DNA from: an uncultured Chlamydiae bacterium
Lineage (GTDB): Bacteria > Chlamydiota > Chlamydiia > Chlamydiales > Parachlamydiaceae
NCBI GenBank assembly: GCA_963830365.1
Contig: CAWHMU010000035.1
Location: forward strand, 1 to 64,000
Direction: 5' to 3'
Length of the DNA: 64,000 nt
The notes beneath the pieces were generated by a model. The model was not told where the DNA came from and did no database searches. It was given only the letters and a program-made list of their open reading frames with translations. Made by a program: the position numbers and the translations under genes. Every line of letters begins with the position of its first letter. The first letter of the stretch is position 1. Positions 60,071-64,000 of the stretch are shown here, piece by piece.

Positions 60071-61882
60071 TTATTTCCAGTCTGCAGTATAAGTACAACA
60101 CGGTTCGTGGATAGACTCCAGGTTGATTTTTTGACATTCATGCACAATTAAATCCAACTCATCTTTGGAGATTTTCGGATCTAAGTCTTCGATTCCTGAA
60201 CCGAACTTAAGCATCGGTTCAATTTTTTGGCTTTCGATAATCTGTACATCACAAAGAAAGGGTCCTTTCTGCGACCAAATTTGTGGTAATTTTTTTAAGT
60301 CATTATTCGATTTCAAAACAAAATACGGAATTTTAAAGGCCTCAGCTACTTTTTGATAATCAGGAAAATACAATCCACTAGCTTCATCCACTGCTGCATA
60401 ATGGGAATTTAACCAATTATCAATTGTTTGCTTTTGAATGGCATGTCCTGCATTGTTGAACAAAAAAATACGGACCGGAAGATTATGTCGTCTGATTGTG
60501 GCCAACTCTTGCATACACATCATAAAACCACCATCTCCAATGAGACATATTATCTCCCGATCAGATGCAAAAGCCGCTCCTACGCTCGCCGGCAAAGAAT
60601 ACCCCATGGGGGTTTGATTCCATGCGGAAAAAATTCGTTGGTTAGGTTTAGTTTCAAATGATTGGAGAGCCCAGGACAGATTGGCACCCGTGTCACCTAT
60701 AATAATATCGCCTTCTTTAGCTAAGGCAGAAAGTTTTTTTATAAATAGGTGGGGCTGGACCTTGTTTTCTGAGTCTTCAACTTCTGAAGGACAAATTGAG
60801 TACCTGGACATCCAAGATCTTATCAATGACCGCCAAGAAAAATAGTTGTCTCTATTTGGTTTATTATGCGTGGATTTAAATTGCAGAAAAAAGTCTTTAA
60901 GATCAGCACAAATAGGCAAATCTAATATAAATGTATCAGCGTCAAATTTAGATAGTTCTTCCGCATCAATATCGACCATAACTTTCTTTGCATTAGGAGC
61001 GAACAAATTCTGTTTTCCTCCAGTCACATTGGGAGATAAACGGGTTCCTAGCGCAATTACCAAATCGGAATTTTGGATTACAAAGTTACCGGCGCGGGGT
61101 CCACATATTCCTATACACCCCATATTCAATGGATGCAAATGAGAAATCACGTCTGCTCCGCCCCATGTACAAACCACTGGAATATTTAAAGATTCAGCAA
61201 ACTGGAGTGCTTCTTTTGCCGCTTTAGCATATTGGATTCCGGCCCCAAAAATCAAAACAGGTTTTTTTGCCTGCACAATCATTTGATTAAGTTCTTTTAT
61301 TTCATTGGCTATGTTCGGCTTAAGTTTTTCTGGCGGATTAAATCCTCGGAGTGTTTGGGGATCAATATCGACTCTTTGTAGATCGTCAGGAATATCTAGT
61401 AAGGAGGGCCCGGGCCTACCCTCTTTTGCAAAGTATATAGCTTTCTCTAGTTCGTATCTAATGTCCTCTGGATTGAGCACTAAATTACAATACTTAGTAA
61501 TGCTTTTAAATATGGAGACTGTATCTGTTTCCTGAAAACCTCTTTGACGAAGTTTTTTGCTTTTTCTAATTCTAAAACGAGCTACCTGTCCTGTGATACA
61601 AAGCATCGGAATTGAGTCGTAAAAAGCATTAGCGACGCTGGTTACGATATTTGTTGCACCTGGGCCGCTCGTAGTCATGACTAAACCAATATTTCCAGTC
61701 ACTCGGGAGTACATGTCCGCGGCAGCTGCACTATGTTCTTCATGTTGACCACAAATGTAATCCATTTGAGGATGTTTGGATGTGGAATCAACTAGATGGA
61801 TAACAGCACCACCGGAAACTAGAAAGTTATGCTTAATTTCTTGAGATGCTAATAAATCTATTACGTAATCTGCCAATTTCAT
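60071..61882 (-). CDS. TPP-binding acetolactate-synthase-like carboligase (YerE-like)
   Basis: HEEH, TTSGPGATN, ITGQ, GRPGP, GDGGFMM..NN TPP motif; sugar-cluster context. Confidence 0.88.
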   Translation of the reverse strand: MKLADYVIDLLASQEIKHNFLVSGGAVIHLVDSTSKHPQMDYICGQHEEHSAAAADMYSRVTGNIGLVMTTSGPGATNIVTSVANAFYDSIPMLCITGQVARFRIRKSKKLRQRGFQETDTVSIFKSITKYCNLVLNPEDIRYELEKAIYFAKEGRPGPSLLDIPDDLQRVDIDPQTLRGFNPPEKLKPNIANEIKELNQMIVQAKKPVLIFGAGIQYAKAAKEALQFAESLNIPVVCTWGGADVISHLHPLNMGCIGICGPRAGNFVIQNSDLVIALGTRLSPNVTGGKQNLFAPNAKKVMVDIDAEELSKFDADTFILDLPICADLKDFFLQFKSTHNKPNRDNYFSWRSLIRSWMSRYSICPSEVEDSENKVQPHLFIKKLSALAKEGDIIIGDTGANLSWALQSFETKPNQRIFSAWNQTPMGYSLPASVGAAFASDREIICLIGDGGFMMCMQELATIRRHNLPVRIFLFNNAGHAIQKQTIDNWLNSHYAAVDEASGLYFPDYQKVAEAFKIPYFVLKSNNDLKKLPQIWSQKGPFLCDVQIIESQKIEPMLKFGSGIEDLDPKISKDELDLIVHECQKINLESIHEPCCTYTADWK

Positions 61883-61896
61883 GTAAAAAACCTTCT

Positions 61897-62970
61897 CTAA
61901 AAGGGTCCTGTAAATTTTTCATCCGGCACATCAAGAGGACCTTGAGTTTGTTGTTTTAGCATCTCTTCAATTAGCGATTGTGCTCGATTTGGTTTTCCCA
62001 TTATTTTAAGTGCTTCGATTGCAATATGTTTTGCAGTGGGATAGAAATGATTAGAAAGAGCCCAGCTTGTGGGAGTATGTCTATCTGGATAACTAATGCG
62101 GATGGGAGGAGATTTAAGAGATGAAAGGGCTTCTTCAGCAATGAAGGCAAGGATTTCAGAAGCTGTGCTGACGGTCTTCCAATCAGGATCAGCGACAATA
62201 ATGCGCCCCGTTTTTTTGACTGAAGTAAGAATTGTCTCTTTATCGAGAGGACGGATGGTTCGAAGATCGATGAGTTCAGCAGAAATACCATCTTTTTGTA
62301 GCAATTGGATGGCGGCAAGAGCTTCCAGAACCATATGCGAAGCGGCAACGATGGTAATATCGGTGCCAGATCGAACAATTTTGGCTTTGCCAATTGGTAT
62401 AGGGGTCGGATCTAACGAGACCTCGCCAAAAGTATTGTGCAGCCACCGATGCTCTAAATAGATAACAGGATTATCGTCTTCAATTGCAGAAATGAGCAGT
62501 CCCTTGGCATCTTGGGGGGTTGATGGCATCACTACTTTTAAACCGGGTATATGCGCAAAAAAACTGTGAAGAGACTGAGAGTGCTGTGGACCTTGGCCCC
62601 AACCGCGTCCAATGATGAGTCGAATCACAAGTGGGACTTTCATTTGGCCGCCAAACATGTAATGCCATTTTGCTGCATTGTTAATGAGTTGGTCGAGGGC
62701 TAGAATAAAAAAATCAACGCGTTGATGTATCACTATGGGACGCATGCCGAGAATGGCACTACCAATAGCAATGCCTGTCATGGCATTTTCCGATGTGGGC
62801 ATGTCCATAACACGGCTTGGCCCGTATTTCTCTGCCAGGCCCGATGTCGTGCCAAAAATCCCTTTAGGATCGGGCACGCCGAGCCCCATTAGATAAATGT
62901 TAGGATCTTGAGCCATTTTTTGATCGGTGGCTTCTCGAATCGCTTCGAAAAATTTGAGTTGTCTAGGCAT
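61897..62970 (-). CDS. TPP-dependent dehydrogenase E1 beta-like subunit
   Basis: DMPTSEN, GQGPQHSQ, PGLKVVMP, EHRWL, ELIDLRTIRPLD. Confidence 0.92.
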   Translation of the reverse strand: MPRQLKFFEAIREATDQKMAQDPNIYLMGLGVPDPKGIFGTTSGLAEKYGPSRVMDMPTSENAMTGIAIGSAILGMRPIVIHQRVDFFILALDQLINNAAKWHYMFGGQMKVPLVIRLIIGRGWGQGPQHSQSLHSFFAHIPGLKVVMPSTPQDAKGLLISAIEDDNPVIYLEHRWLHNTFGEVSLDPTPIPIGKAKIVRSGTDITIVAASHMVLEALAAIQLLQKDGISAELIDLRTIRPLDKETILTSVKKTGRIIVADPDWKTVSTASEILAFIAEEALSSLKSPPIRISYPDRHTPTSWALSNHFYPTAKHIAIEALKIMGKPNRAQSLIEEMLKQQTQGPLDVPDEKFTGPF

Positions 62971-63940
62971 ATGGCGTTTCTTTTTCTATGTCAAAATAGG
63001 GTAATGGACTTTGTTCTGCAAAAGCGAATGCTTCCTCAATTTCATTGAGGATGGGTAAACTAAGGAGTTCTATACCGTCTGTGATTGGAAAATCGGTGTT
63101 GACCCTCTCTGCTTGGAGTTTTATGGGACATTTCTTCTCCCAAAAAAGAAACTCCTCTTCTGTTCGATAGCCAATGTTATTGTCAAAGTTGGGTCCGCAA
63201 TGTTCTCGATGGCGATAGGTGTCGAATTCTAGGAAGACGGGCCCATTTCCTTCCCGAATTGAAGCAACAGCCTCTTCTGCAAGCCTGTGAACTTCTTCTA
63301 CATCATTTCCATTACCGACTTTCGCTATGATTCCATGAGCTCTCGCGATAGCTGCTCGGTCCCGCCGATCCGACTGCCGCACATTAAGAGGCGAATAAAC
63401 TGAATAAAAATTGTTCTCACAAACGAAAAGGGCAGGCAAGTTTTTAAGCGCAGCAAAATTGAGGCTTTCAACAAATACCCCTTCTTCAGTCGCGCCTTCC
63501 CCAAAAAAGATGATCGTGATGTTCTTTTCTTGTTTTAGCGCAGTTGCAAAAGCAAGACCAACACCAATCGGGATGCTGCCTCCCACAATAGGAGTAGATC
63601 CGTACATGCCAACTGAGAGGTCAACTAAATGCATCGAGCCACCCCGCCCCATACAGCAGCCGGTAGCCTTGCCGTAGATTTCAGCGATCAAGGCTTTTAA
63701 ACTGCCGCCCTTTGCAAGATAATGAGCATGTGCCCTGTGATTGCTGATGAGATAATCTGTTTGTAAAACTGCCTTGCATACCCCGACTGCCACTGCTTCT
63801 TGACCTATGCTAAGATGCACTGGGCAGCGCATTTTTTGTTCATGATAGCGGCCTGCTATGGCTTCCTCAATTAAGCGGATGCGCAGCATGTCTTTGTAGA
63901 GATCTATTGACAGAGATTGCTGTGCTAATGTGACTTCCAT
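62963..63940 (-). CDS. TPP-dependent dehydrogenase E1 alpha-like subunit (frame open to the window edge; start placed at GGAG-preceded ATG)
   Basis: HLSIGQEA, HRAHAH, GRGGSMH, FFGEGA..EG, CENN, TYRHREH. Confidence 0.92.
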   Translation of the reverse strand: MEVTLAQQSLSIDLYKDMLRIRLIEEAIAGRYHEQKMRCPVHLSIGQEAVAVGVCKAVLQTDYLISNHRAHAHYLAKGGSLKALIAEIYGKATGCCMGRGGSMHLVDLSVGMYGSTPIVGGSIPIGVGLAFATALKQEKNITIIFFGEGATEEGVFVESLNFAALKNLPALFVCENNFYSVYSPLNVRQSDRRDRAAIARAHGIIAKVGNGNDVEEVHRLAEEAVASIREGNGPVFLEFDTYRHREHCGPNFDNNIGYRTEEEFLFWEKKCPIKLQAERVNTDFPITDGIELLSLPILNEIEEAFAFAEQSPLPYFDIEKETPYA

Positions 63941-64000
63941 CCACCAACTCCAAATTTGAAGTTCGTGGATATACATCAATTCAAAAATCTTGGCAAGAAA

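Noticed and set aside
60071..61882. ilvB for branched-chain amino acid synthesis
   Set aside because: No small subunit or ilvC/ilvD nearby; context favours a sugar carboligase
61897..63940. Housekeeping pyruvate dehydrogenase pdhA/pdhB
   Set aside because: No E2/E3 in the window, divergent GEGA motif, embedded in a nucleotide-sugar cluster; gene symbols withheld

Overview
64-kb bacterial chromosomal window. Gene content suggests an environmental Chlamydiota (Parachlamydiales-like) or similar intracellular bacterium; this is inference only. Left to right: an ISL3 element cut by the window edge; a CPT-like kinase and YjdF gene; a MoxR/Bat operon that runs directly into a pyruvyltransferase, a methyltransferase and a beta-barrel gene; a REP-doublet element; a flavin reductase, a stand-alone DUF2156 gene and an Lpg1974-type porin. 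Next is a ~13-kb island of glycan-modifying enzymes (FkbM/Methyltransf_24 methyltransferases, GDP-mannose 3,5-epimerase, GT2, GT11-like, GT47-like), almost all with N-terminal signal-peptide-like sequences. The island includes several pseudogenes and one gene split by an intact IS1634. Then come carbonic anhydrase, smc, an EmrAB-OMF efflux operon with an unannotated 50-aa membrane ORF, a frameshifted GMC oxidoreductase, an ankyrin/hydrophobic/J-domain effector-like gene, serS-mnmH-M18 aminopeptidase, a ~1-kb tandem array of structured 267-bp non-coding units and two more signal-peptide methyltransferases. The window ends in a 14-gene cytoplasmic nucleotide-sugar cluster (TPP enzymes, GmhA/HldE-like, dehydratases). 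Most striking candidates for undescribed biology: the apparently exported glycan-tailoring enzyme set, the 267-bp array with its dispersed palindromic relatives, and the Ank-TM-J protein. No rRNA, tRNA or CRISPR array was seen. Family calls are from motif recognition by eye; no database search was run.
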